From Octopus bimaculoides (taxonomy: Eukaryota): a stretch of DNA of 64,000 bases. Position numbers and translations under genes: made by a program. Under the pieces are notes generated by a model. That model saw only the letters and a list, made by a program, of their open reading frames with translations. It was not told the DNA's origin and did not search any database. Where the stretch lies: contig NC_069001.1 of the NCBI RefSeq assembly GCF_001194135.2, forward strand, positions 7,261,384-7,325,383, read 5' to 3'. This document shows, piece after piece, positions 26,486-38,322 of this stretch. Every line of letters begins with the position of its first letter. Positions within the stretch are counted from its first letter, which is position 1.

Positions 26486-26685
26486 TGTGTTTGTCCCTCA
26501 ACATCGCTTGACAACTGATGCTGGTGTGTTTACATCCCTGTAACTTAGTGGTTCGGCAAAAGAGACCAATAAAATAAGTACTAGGCTTACAAAGTATAAG
26601 TCCTGGGGTCGATTTGCTCGACTAAAGGCGGTGCTTCAGCATGGCCGTAGTCAAATGACTGAAACAAGTAAAAGAGTAAAAGAGT
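26012..26685 (+). mobile_element. tRNA-derived SINE family A, full length (internal microsatellite lies in an N gap)
   Basis: Head ggcgtaggagtggctgtgtggtaag (A box) ...ggttcagtcc (B box). A ccttggacaagtgtctt segment resembles the CORE-SINE motif. It has an internal (TA)n/(TG)n tract and a (gagtaaaa)n tail. Confidence 0.85.
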
Positions 26686-28047
26686 ATTTCTGCCAGGATG
26701 AACAACTATATAGAACAGCCATGGGAAATCCTTTTTGTGAGGTGGGTTGCACGAGACATGGCTCTACATGAGGCTGCCTGCACAACTAAAAAAAAATTTT
26801 AAGTAATTTTCTGTTAGGCGTGTTGTGCAGAAAATCACAAGGACCACAGGCTATTCATGATTGATATACAAGTTCCTTCATTGAGTAATTAAAACCCCAA
26901 AATGGTATAAATTCCTTAATTGTTAAAAAAAACAGGAGGAACCCTCCCCCCACCAATAAATCTACACACAGTGGCTTTTCATTCATGATAGTGTACAAAA
27001 AATAAAAGGATGTGATTTAAGATGGGGAAGGGGTTTAACAACAACTACTACTGCTGCTGCTGTTACTGTGAAATTATGGAATGTAAGGCACTTGGAGAAG
27101 ATCTTGTGTACTGCAGAAAATGTCTCCTCCTTCCTGCCAAGACTATGATAAATATGTAAGTAACCTTTGTAAGAATTCCTAGAACTTGGTTACCATTCCA
27201 GAATTACCGAGTTATCAGTGTCATCAACTAAAAGGTATTCCTTACAAGGTAGGAACTAAGAATTAAGACAACGAGATATTTTGAGGGTGAGTTCTAGGCA
27301 TGTTAAGTCGAGGAGTGTAGGTGTTGATATGACAGTGAGGTAAATGTCTTCCACTGCAACCCTAGGCTGACCGAAGCTTTGCAACTGGATTTTGTATATG
27401 GAAACTGAAAGAATCTCATCATATATATAAGAAGCCCATCATATATANNNNNNNNNNNNNNNNNNNNNNNNNNNNNNNNNNNNNNNNNNNNNNNNNNNNN
27501 NNNNNNNNNNNNNNNNNNNNNNNNNNNNNNNNNNNNNNNNNNNNNNNNNNNNNNNNNNNNNNNNNNNNNNNNNNNNNNNNNNNNNNNNNNNNNNNNNNNN
27601 NNNNNNNNNNNNNNNNNNNNNNNNNNNNNNNNNNNNNNNNNNNNNNNNNNNNNNNNNNNNNNNNNNNNNNNNNNNNNNNNNNNNNNNNNNNNNNNNNNNN
27701 NNNNNNNNNNNNNNNNNNNNNNNNNNNNNNNNNNNNNNNNNNNNNNNNNNNNNNNNNNNNNNNNNNNNNNNNNNNNNNNNNNNNNNNNNNNNNNNNNNNN
27801 NNNNNNNNNNNNNNCCTTGCTAACTATCAGCCATTTTGTCAAAGGACCACTGATGAGGTCACAGAAGTGTGACGAAAGAACTCTGGCCGAAATAAGATTA
27901 AGATTAATGTAATATAAAGCTGAAGCAAATTAACACCAAATATACAGTGCGTGTGTTTTTATTGGCTAAACTGGCAATATGACCATCCCCAAGTACAACA
28001 ACAACTGTTTCAACACACGATTTCACATAAAAAATCTTGCAAAACAA

Positions 28048-28091
<44 letters not shown>

Positions 28092-28095
28092 CTGA

Positions 28096-28365
28096 AGGTG
28101 TATGGCTCAGTGGTTAGAGCATCGAGCTTATGATCGTGAGGTTGTAAGTTCAATATCTGGACCGTTGTGTTCTTGAGCAAGACACAATTTCACATTGCTC
28201 CAGTTCACTTAGAGTTGCGACGCCACTGGTGCCAAGCTGTATCGGCCTTTGCCATTCCCTAGGATAACATCAGCAGCGTGGAGAAGGGAGGCTGATATGC
28301 ATGGGTGACTGCTGATCTTCCTTGCAAAACAACCTTGCTTGGACTTGTGCCTTCATGACCGAAGA
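28096..28365 (+). mobile_element. SINE with a family-E-type head and a different 3' half
   Basis: tggctcagtggttagagc...gttcaa...tgtgttcttgagcaagacac, then an unrelated tail (gccaagctgtatcggcctttgcc...). Confidence 0.65.
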
Positions 28366-29930
28366 GGGCCTTCACCCTTTACATATATATATAAATATAT
28401 ATAAGAGGGGGTGCTGTTTTGATGATGAAGCTAATGATGACGATCAAGATGATGCTGATGATACTGATAACAGTAGTGATGGTGATGATTATGATAATGA
28501 CAACAACGAGGACAACATTTGGTTCCTCCATGTCCTGCGTCGCTATAGAAACGACGATGACAACAACAACAACAACAACAGCATGGGGCCCACATTAACA
28601 AAGCGTTCCACACTGACAGTTTTACTTAACACACTGTTGAAGTACACACATCTAACTGAAGCAAAAATTCTATCCAATAATTAAGATCTTTCAAAGCCAT
28701 CCCTGCCATAATTTGCTTCAGGGCTTCTCTCTTATTTTTGTCATTCAACCATTCTAGATAAATCTTTAGAAGCATCGACATTTCTTCGCATGATTTTCAC
28801 TTCAATGTTTCGTAAATTCTTTGTATCTATTTTAGCGCTTCCAATAAGATCGATGAAGACCACTTCTTCTGCAGGGAATGTCTTGTAGGAACAATTCTAT
28901 GGCTCTCTGCCAGCTATTAAGTAGATTCTTTCAAAGAAGCTGACCGTTTCTAAATTACTCTTTGCGGTTATTGATTATACCAGCCAGTTGTCATGTATAC
29001 ATATGGCTGTACATACAGCATTCTTATATATATATATATATATATATACACATACATACACACATATATATAGATGTATATATACATACACATATATATA
29101 TGTACACACACACATATATATAGATGTATATATACATACACATATATATATGTACACACACACACACATATATATATACATACACAAAAACATCAACCAT
29201 GAATAAAACATAAAAAAATTCTGTGTGCATATATGTACACACACNNNNNNNNNNNNNNNNNNNNNNNNNNNNNNNNNNNNNNNNNNNNNNNNNNNNNNNN
29301 NNNNNNNNNNNNNNNNNNNNNNNNNNNNNNNNNNNNNNNNNNNNNNNNNNNNNNNNNNNNNNNNNNNNNNNNNNNNNNNNNNNNNNNNNNNNNNNNNNNN
29401 NNNNNNNNNNNNNNNNNNNNNNNNNNNNNNNNNNNNNNNNNNNNNNNNNNNNNNNNNNNNNNNNNNNNNNNNNNNNNNNNNNNNNNNNNNNNNNNNNNNN
29501 NNNNNNNNNNNNNNNNNNNNNNNNNNNNNNNNNNNNNNNNNNNNNNNNNNNNNNNNNNNNNNNNNNNNNNNNNNNNNNNNNNNNNNNNNNNNNNNNNNNN
29601 NNNNNNNNNNNNNNNNNNNNNNNNNNNNNNNNNNNNNNNNNNNNNNNNNNNNNNNNNNNNNNNNNNNNNNNNNNNNNNNNNNNNNNNNNNNNNNNNNNNN
29701 NNNNNNNNNNNNNNNNNNNNNNNNNNNNNNNNNNNNNNNNNNNNNNNNNNNNNNNNNNNNNNNNNNNNNNNNNNNNNNNNNNNNNNNNNNNNNNNNNNNN
29801 NNNNNNNNNNNNNNNNNNNNNNNNNNNNNNNNNNNNNNNNNNNNNNNNNNNNNNNNNNNNNNNNNNNNNNNNNNNNNNNNNNNNNNNNNNNNNNNNNNNN
29901 NNNNNNNNNNNNNNNNNNNNNNNNNNNNNN

Positions 29931-30115
29931 AGTGGCAGATAAAAAGCACCCACTACACTCTCAGAGTGGTTGGTGTTAGGAAGGGCATCCAGCTGTAGAA
30001 ACTCTGCCAGATTAGATTGGAACCTGGTGCAGCCTTCTGGCTTGCCAAGCCTCAGTCAAACCGTCCAACCCATGCCAGCATGGAAAGCAGACGTTAAACG
30101 ATGATGATGATGATG

Positions 30116-30116
<1 letters not shown>
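29931..30116 (+). mobile_element. RTE-related 3' tail
   Basis: aaaagcacccactacactctcagagtggttggtgttaggaagggcatccagctgtag...gacgttaaacgatgatgat. Confidence 0.8.
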
Positions 30117-30168
<52 letters not shown>

Positions 30169-30604
30169 TGCACACATGTACTATACCTAGAACCATCCTT
30201 GATGTGGATCTACGATTTAAATTGGATTTGGTACTTACATGTCTACAATATCCTACCAACACCTGAGACCTTTATGGTTGTTTTAACTCATTATGAGCTC
30301 TATGCTACTGTACCTAGCCATTTCTGGTGCCCTACGAATGGACATGCCTAGATTCTATTAAATCCTATAACTAATCTACCTATCTATCTCAATGTTTTCA
30401 TATACATATATATATATATATATAAATATGCACACGTACAAACATGCATTGACATATATATAAGATAAACTAATGAAACTAACAGATAAAAAACAAATAT
30501 ATTTGTTAAGATGATTGTCAAAACATTTCTATGATTCAAATGTATTCCTCCCATTTCTGACATATTCATAAATGTGTGTTTGTATGTACATAGCCATATG
30601 CAGA

Positions 30605-30637
<33 letters not shown>

Positions 30638-30861
30638 ATGCACACATTGCTTATATACACTAATACACACATGCACACATACAAGCTGTATTATTGCAAA
30701 TACATCAAAATTAAATGAATATTTTGTTGTGTTTATGATGATGATGATGATGATGATGAATCAGCCTAGTGAATGTGTAGAATCATCATTCCATATACAG
30801 CTTATACACACACACAGAGGCATTCATGTGTATATATATGTATTGAGATATATTTTAACAT

Positions 30862-31064
30862 ATAGGTGCACTGAGGTCGATATAATTGACTTAATCCGTT
30901 TGTCTGTCCTTGTTTGTCCCCTCTGTGTGTAGCCCCTTGTGGGCAGTAAAGAAATTAGCACGCCGGGTGAAATGCTTAGTGGTATTTCGTTTGCCGCTAT
31001 GTTCTGAGTTCAAATTCCACCGAGGTTCACTTAGCCTTTTATCCTTTCATGTGTATAGAGGTGT

Positions 31065-31116
<52 letters not shown>

Positions 31117-31520
31117 GTATAGAAGTGTGTGTATCGGTGTGTGTGTGAATAGAAGTGTGTGCGTATAGAGGTGTGTGTGTGTGTGTGTGTGTGTGTGAGA
31201 CCAAAATTAAATAAGTACCAGTTACGTACTGGGGTTGATATAATCGACTTAATCCGTTTCTCTGTCCTTGTTTGTCCCCTCTGTGTGTAGCCTCTTGTGG
31301 GCAATAAAGAAATAAGAAACATTAGCACGCTGGGCAAAATGCTTAGCGGCATTTCGATTGTCTTTACATTCTGAGTTCAAATTCCGCCGAGGTCAACTTA
31401 GCCTTTCATCCTTTCGAGGTCGATAAATTAAGTACCAGTTGCATACTGGGGTCGATCTAATCAACTGGGGCCCTCCCACAAAATTTTGGGCCTTGTGCTT
31501 AGAATTGAAAAGAATATTAA
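30862..31520 (+). mobile_element. Head-to-tail array of SINE C units interrupted by a GT/GTATAGAG microsatellite
   Basis: The tail ...gtaaagaaat is joined directly to the internal head sequence tagcacg.. twice, and the last unit carries the alternative tail. Confidence 0.75.
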
Positions 31521-31819
31521 TAAACAGCTGCTGCTGCTGTTGTTGTTGTTGTTGTTATCATTATTGTTGTTGTTACTGTTGTCGCCATTGTTGAAATTAC
31601 CATTTCCTTCCCAATTACTATTTATATTCTATTCATGTATTCCATTACTAATGTGAGGGTCTGCAAGAACTCACATTAGTAATAATAGAATGGTTATTAT
31701 TTTAAATGATAAGAGCAGAGCTGGGTAGGTGGGTACCACCCGATAGAGAGACAGGTAGGTAGATACGGAAGGAGGCAGGGTGAGGTCTGAGAGTACTTCA
31801 GCATGGGTGTATGTCACAT

Positions 31820-32290
31820 GTGTGCTTAGAGGTGTATGTGTGAATAGAGGTGTGTGTATATATGTATAGGTGTGTGTATAGAGGTGTGTGTGTGTATGTA
31901 TGTATAGAGAGGTGTGTGTATGTGTATAGAGCTGTGTGTGTGCGTGTATAGAGGTGTCTGTGTGTATAGAGGTGTATGTGTGTATAGAGGTGTATGTGTG
32001 TATAGAGGTGTATGTGTGTATAGAGGTGTGTGTGTGTATAGGTGTGTGTGTGTATAGAGGTGTGTGTGTGTACAGAGCTGTGTATGTGTGTATGTGTAAT
32101 AGAGGTTTGTGTGAGTATGTGTATAGAGGTGTGTGTGTGTGTATAGAGTTGTGTGTATCAGTGTGTGTGTTTGTGTATAGAAGTGTGTGTGTACAGAAGT
32201 GTGTGTGTGTGTATAGAAGTGTGTGTATAGAGGTGTGTGTGTGTGTGTGTGTGTATAGAAGTGTGTGTATAGAGGTGTGTGTGTGTGTGT
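31820..32290. repeat. Compound GT satellite punctuated by GTATAGAG (also at 31030-31195 and 33560-33770)
   Basis: Recurrent gtgtgtatagag units of about 12-20 bp. Confidence 0.8.
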
Positions 32291-32589
32291 GAGGCCAAAA
32301 GTAAGTTCTTGCTGACGGTGATGTGTTGTTGTTCATGGTAGTGTAGTATGAAAATGAAGTGTTTACTTTAAAAATACACTTGGGAGAAATAAACCAGTTC
32401 TCACAGCAGTCGCATGGAATTAATGCAGGAGATAATTGCAGATGAGACAGAGCAGGAAGAGATGGAGGTGGTGGTGGTAGGGAGGGGCAGGGTTAGGGTG
32501 AAGGCTTTTGTTTTGGTTTTTTGTTTTTTTCTGTTTTTGTAGGGTGAAGAAATTAAGTTGGAGAGAAAATGAAGATGGAGAAGAAGAGA

Positions 32590-32645
32590 AAGACTGAGTA
32601 ATAAATAGACTGACAGATCGATAGGAAAATGATAGCTAGATGCGT

Positions 32646-32690
<45 letters not shown>

Positions 32691-32986
32691 GAGATAGAGA
32701 GACAGAGAGAGAGAGAGAGATAGATAGATAGATGGATAGATGGATAGATAGATAGATAGGTCGATCGAGAGATAGAGAGACAGAGAGAGAGAGATAGATA
32801 GATAGATAGATGGATAGATAGATAGATAGGTCGATCGAGAGATAGATAGATAGATAGGTCGATCGAGAGATAGATAGGTAGGTAGATGAGTAGATAGGTA
32901 GTTAGGTAAATGGATAAATGGATCGATAGACAGACAAATAGGAAAACAAGTAGACAGATAGAGAGATAGGAAGATAGACCGACAGG

Positions 32987-33037
<51 letters not shown>

Positions 33038-33070
33038 GAAAATAGATACATAGGAAGAGAGACAGAGAGA
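32590..33070. repeat. (GATA)n/(GA)n compound microsatellite
   Basis: Direct reading. Confidence 0.9.
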
Positions 33071-33193
33071 GAGAGAGAAATGAGCTAAAACAATACAGAT
33101 TAAAAGATAAAGGAGAGAGAGAGAGAGAGAGAGAAATTGTGTGAATGTGAGAGAGAAAGGGAGGTAAATGGACAGTAGACAAGTGAAGCTCAC

Positions 33194-33211
33194 CGTCGGC
33201 GTCTGAGGATG
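33194..33211 (-). CDS. Candidate 18-nt microexon (CATCCTCAGACGCCGACG) of an unidentified minus-strand gene
   Basis: Minus strand reads ...ttattgttgctgtttcgtctccAG|exon|GTgagc. About 80 nt upstream are AG-free, with a UGC in the pyrimidine tract. The exon is a GC/CpG-rich island among microsatellites, its length is divisible by 3, and it is open in all three phases (HPQTPT / xSSDADx / xILRRx). Confidence 0.65.
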
Positions 33212-33818
33212 CTGGAGACGAAACAGCAACAATAATAGTGAATCCAGTATGTAGATTCCATTAACATCATGTTATATACATATATAATATATACACCTTC
33301 CAATGCTCTGGTAATAAATACACTGTTTCACTCAACGTGTTTCAACTCAAATATGCATCATTGAAATGATACATACTTTGGTGGGTGAGTGTGAGTGTGA
33401 GTGTGAGTATATGATGATCATCATCATCACCACCATCATCATCATTATATATATATAGAGAGATATAGATGTATATATATAGATATTAGTGATGAGCATT
33501 CCACATAACTATAAAGTCTCTCTTACATATACACACCCAGTCTTTCTCTTACATGTGTGTGTATGTGTATGTGTATAGAGTTCTGTGTGTGCGTGTATAG
33601 AGCTGTGTGTGAGTATGTGTATAGAGGTTTGTGTGTGTATGTGTATAGAGGCGTGTGTGTGTATTGGTGTGTGTGTGTATATGTATAGGTGTGTGTATGT
33701 ATAGAGGTGTGTATGTGTATAGAGGTGTGTGTGTATATCGGTGTGTGTGTGTGTTTGTGTGTGTAAAATAGAAGTTGGGTGTGTATGTACACATACCCTA
33801 TTACTTTTACACACACAC

Positions 33819-33865
<47 letters not shown>

Positions 33866-33900
33866 CACTCTTTATTGTTTACATATATATACATTCATAC

Positions 33901-33921
33901 TCTGACAGAGGCGCAACCCAG
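33901..33921 (-). CDS. Candidate 21-nt microexon (CTGGGTTGCGCCTCTGTCAGA)
   Basis: Minus strand reads cacattttttcctttttcaaAG|exon|GTatga. About 46 nt upstream are AG-free. The exon is GC-rich in AT-rich context, frame-preserving, and open in all phases (LGCASVR / xGLRLCQx / xWVAPLSx). Confidence 0.6.
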
Positions 33922-34349
33922 CTTTGAAAAAGGAAAAAATGTGATTTAAAAGATTTTAAGAAGAACATCATCTAATTTTGATAGAACTTCCTGATTAAGG
34001 TATATCTATGTCTGCTTGATTATGAATGTGTGTGTTTTAATCGAGACATGTATACAGGGAGGTGTTAAGGTATAGGCATAGTGAGCAGTTGCCCAGGGGT
34101 CTCCTGGGTATAAGGGGCCCCAATTCTGATTAATGTATATTGTGGCTTGCTGCCAATAAAAAATACTACAGGACCCAGTGTATTGATGTGCCCAGGGGCT
34201 GAAAAGCTGTTAAGATGACCATGATGTATATATACCTACATGTGTGTGATTGATAAGGCAGAAGACCAATTTTATGGGGCAAGAGTATATAGTCAGATTT
34301 CTTGCTGAGATGTTGGGTAGTGCAAGTGGCGTGTGCCATGGCACGGGAT

Positions 34350-34403
<54 letters not shown>

Positions 34404-34568
34404 ATATAAGAATGTGTGTTAGGTAAGAGAGCAGACCATTCTTGTCCTTACTGTGTCGCAAAAAGTTCTGACATTCCATGAAATAAACAAATAGCAAGTT
34501 CAACAGATTTTTAACTTTAAAATTGCTAAAAATGGATCTTCCTTGATGTAATTGTTGTGTGCATACAT

Positions 34569-34599
<31 letters not shown>

Positions 34600-34638
34600 T
34601 GTATATAAAGCAATTACAAAAGTCACCTATGGAAATAC

Positions 34639-34692
34639 CACATCTAAGACACCTAGGTCTCCGTTGATGCTACAAAAGGGAACATTGGGAAA
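34639..34692 (-). CDS. Candidate short exon: 54 nt, phase 0, FPNVPFCSINGDLGVLDV. Alternative boundaries 34627-34669 give 43 nt, HQRRPRCLRCGISI
   Basis: Strong acceptor with a branch-like GCTAAT: ttgctaatgacgatggcttcttttctttgcAG. The donors (GTattt or GTgact) are only moderate. It lies between the 15-nt and 21-nt candidates. Confidence 0.3.
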
Positions 34693-35309
34693 CTGCAAAG
34701 AAAAGAAGCCATCGTCATTAGCAAGACCAAAACCTATATAAGCAACAGAACCAAGCAGCAAGCAGCTGATTGGTTATTGTAGCGATGCTATCCTGCACAT
34801 GCAAAGTCTCTCTCCCACTTCTCTTCCACCACACACACACACATACACACACAAACACAGTGGCAGAAAAGTTAGCTCACTTCATAAAATCTATTTCTTT
34901 TTGCTGAAGGTTTTGGTCAACCCATGGCTATACTAGAAGACACTTACCCAAAGGGCCATGCAGTGGGACTGAACCCGGAACCATATGGTTGGGAAGCAAG
35001 CATATAGTTAATTAGTTAGTTAAAGTTAATGTAATGGCTGGGATGTAATTATAACTATAGAAAATTGGCGGGTGTCAGAAGTTGGATGGGGTGGAGATGT
35101 TAAAGCAATGGTTGTAAGTTGGTGGTGGTGTTGGTGGTATTAGCATTGGCAGTAGTAGTGATGGAGTAGTAGTAGTGGTGGTGGTGGTGGTGGTGGTGTT
35201 GATCTTGTTGAAGGTAAGTTCAAGAAGTTTAAAAATCATTTTTTTTCATCTAAACAAAGATTTCGGAGATACAAAAGAATTTCAAACAAAACAAAGGAGA
35301 CAAGAGGAA

Positions 35310-35344
<35 letters not shown>

Positions 35345-35399
35345 AGTGGAAGAGGCAGGAGGAGAGGATGTACTGGATGATCCATTCAAATTCACACCA

Positions 35400-35830
35400 G
35401 CATGGAAAGACGGATGTGGAACCAAATGATGATGATGATAATGTTGATGTTAAAGGGAATGATGATGAAGATAAAATGGTAGTGCTGGTGCTGGTGATGA
35501 TGATGATAACAGTAGTGGCATTGTTGATAATAGGGATACGGATGTTGGTAACAAAAATAATGGCAATGATGATGACGATGACGGTGTTGGTGATGATGCT
35601 AATGATGATGATGATGGTGTTGATGATGAGGGTAATGACGATGACGATGATGATGGTGGTAGTGTTGATGATGATGATAATGGTGTTGCTAATGATGATG
35701 ATGCTGATGATGACGATGGTGGTGTGCGATGATGACTATGATGATGATGACTATGATGATGATGACTATGATGATGATGCTGATCGTGTTGATGATGATA
35801 ACAATAGTGTTGCTGATGACGATGACGACG
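35400..35830. repeat. Degenerate (GAT)n trinucleotide tract
   Basis: Direct reading; it explains the poly-M/poly-D ORFs. Confidence 0.9.
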
Positions 35831-35867
35831 AAGTTTCTACAGGAAACTGTTTTGATGTTGTTCTTAC

Positions 35868-35882
35868 ATCAGACAGCAATAT
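35868..35882 (-). CDS. Candidate 15-nt microexon (ATATTGCTGTCTGAT)
   Basis: Minus strand reads attgctttgattgctttcccatgttctttgctttcAG|exon|GTaaga. There are three TGCTTT motifs and about 58 nt free of AG. Phase 0 gives ILLSD, phase 2 gives xYCCLx, and phase 1 has a stop. Confidence 0.55.
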
Positions 35883-36278
35883 CTGAAAGCAAAGAACATG
35901 GGAAAGCAATCAAAGCAATTCCAACCCCCAAAGAGTCCAACCCTAACCCGTCACCCGACCCCATCTACATAAAACATGGAGTAAGAAAGAAACAAGTCAG
36001 GGTAGTGATGGGCAGTAGCGGGGCGGGGGAGGAGCAGGGAAGGTGTGAAATGATGGAGAGAGATGTCCGTCAGTGTTAGGCATTTTTGTTTTCCGGTACC
36101 TTGTTTGTACGAAGATCAATTTGTAAATACCAGTTCTGATAATGTTCTTGCTTGATTCTCTAACTGACATGAATATATTAGCATTTTGTCTAATGTTTTC
36201 TTTTCTTCTCCTTCAAAATGGTATCCAGAAAATGGCATAAACAGGCCAAGTCTGGAATAAGTTGATTCCAATTAACCA

Positions 36279-36438
36279 AGGCGTGGCTGTATGGTAAGAA
36301 GCTTGCTTCCCAACCACATGTTTCCGGGTTCCGTTCCACTGCATGGCACCTTTGGTAAGTGTCTTCTACTATAGCCTCAGGCCGACCAAAGCCTTGTGAG
36401 TAAATTTGGTAGACGGAAACTGAAAGAAGCCCATTGTA

Positions 36439-36498
<60 letters not shown>

Positions 36499-36750
36499 TA
36501 TGTATGTATATATATATGTATGCATATATATGTATGTATATAGGTATGTGTGTGTGCGTGTGTATTTTTGCATCTGTTTCCCACCACCACATGACAACCA
36601 GTGTTGGTGTGTTTATGTCCTTTCAACTAGCAGTTCAGCAAAAGAGATCAATAGAATAAGTACCAGGTCGATTCATTCAGCTAAAAATTCTTCAAGCCAG
36701 TGCCCCAGCATGACCACAGTCTAATGACTGAAACAAGTAAAAGACGAAAG
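36279..36750 (+). mobile_element. SINE family A, near full length
   Basis: Same organisation as the 26012 copy. Confidence 0.85.
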
Positions 36751-36960
36751 ATATACAAAGATCAGTCACTTTGATGTTTCCTTCATTTTCTCCACACTCC
36801 CTTCTCTCTCTCCCTCTCTCTCTCTCTCCCTCCCTCTCTCTCTCCCTCTCTCTCCCTCTCTCTCCCTCCCTCTCTCTCTCTCCCTCTCTCTCTCTCTTTC
36901 AGAACTGCACCGGGCAAATGCAGACCCAGCATCAAAGAACATGGGTTATTTGTAATTAGG

Positions 36961-37093
36961 ACTTAATTTACTGACCCCAAAAGGATGAAAGGCAAAGTCG
37001 ACCTCAGCAGGATTTGAACTCAGAACGCAAAGACAGACGAAATACTGCTCAGCATTTCGTCCGACATGCTAGCGTTTCTGCCAGTTCACTGCC
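36961..37093 (-). mobile_element. SINE C 5' half
   Basis: Matches the family. Confidence 0.7.
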
Positions 37094-37389
37094 TTTTTTT
37101 ACTAACATATCGGTTAATATTAACATATTTCTCTGTCGCTCTACCACACTATGGCTAGCTTCTCTAAGAACAAATGGCAATTTTGTCTCAGAAACTAATA
37201 TCTGAAGTCTACAAGTCAGGCGTCTGTATGCGTGTGTGAGTGCATGTGTGTTTGAATGTGTAAGTGTGTGTGTGTTTGTGTGTGTGTGTGATTATAAGTT
37301 TGTATGTGTGAGTGTGCATGTTTATATGCATTAGTATGTATGTTTGTATGCGTTAGTGTGCGTGTTTGAACGTGGGAGTGTGTTTTTGA

Positions 37390-37436
<47 letters not shown>

Positions 37437-38322
37437 TCTTGTTTGATGTGTGAAAAGGTATGATGTGTGCTGTGTGAGGTTTGTCTCGTTGTTTATAAAC
37501 CTGCTGAATATATAATCTACGCTTCCCACAGTTCACCTATTCATCATTTATAAAGCACTTTCAGCAACACAAAAAAAGTGTACCGCCCACCTACGTTTGA
37601 TTACACTCCCCTCATGCACACGAACCACTTAAGTATTCACACACACACACACACACACATGCACATGCACATGCATAGAGGATGGTTGATTGACTGTATT
37701 AGATTTCTGGCTTATTCAGAAGTAATTAACAAAATTAAGCAAAGCGAACTGGCTGAGACCAGGAACTGAAACCTTTATTCAGGTCTGGCACAAAAGCAGC
37801 GGCACTTAAATGTATTAAAAGACAAACATGAGAAGGTTAGAACTGATGGGTTCGGTCGGCTTGGCTGGTTCCAGATGATATCATGCTGGAAGCTATGAGT
37901 CAAGCTGCCCCACAGATATCTAAATAATTCAGCAGGTACCTTCCACAGCATTCTGAGACACCCGCTAGCCTGTAGTTTTCGACCCTTTTTTTTTTGTCTA
38001 TGGACCCCTTTCATTCCCATTTTACTCCACTGGATCCTCATACCCAGCCAATTCTTTTGTTTTTATACTCTTTTACTTAACGACACCAATCACACAACAA
38101 CACCTCTTCCGTTCACTACAGTCTTATCTACAATACTAACCGCACAACACTTACCTCGCCCCCCCACCCTCTACAATCACATCCACAACATCTACGTCAC
38201 AACATTATCTCCCCCATTCACAACAGTCACTTCCACAACACCAACCTCACAACACTCTTAATCCCTATTCATTACACTTACATCTACAACACCCAGAACA
38301 CTTCAAATGTGATCCAATAAAA

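Noticed and set aside
33194-35882. Identifying the host as DGK-zeta/iota (LGASARPDLPTPT-like) or NCX (15/18/21-nt cassettes)
   Set aside because: The similarity is superficial. None of the conserved neighbouring exons was found, and the NCX-type phase 1 reading is blocked by a stop in the 15-nt exon.
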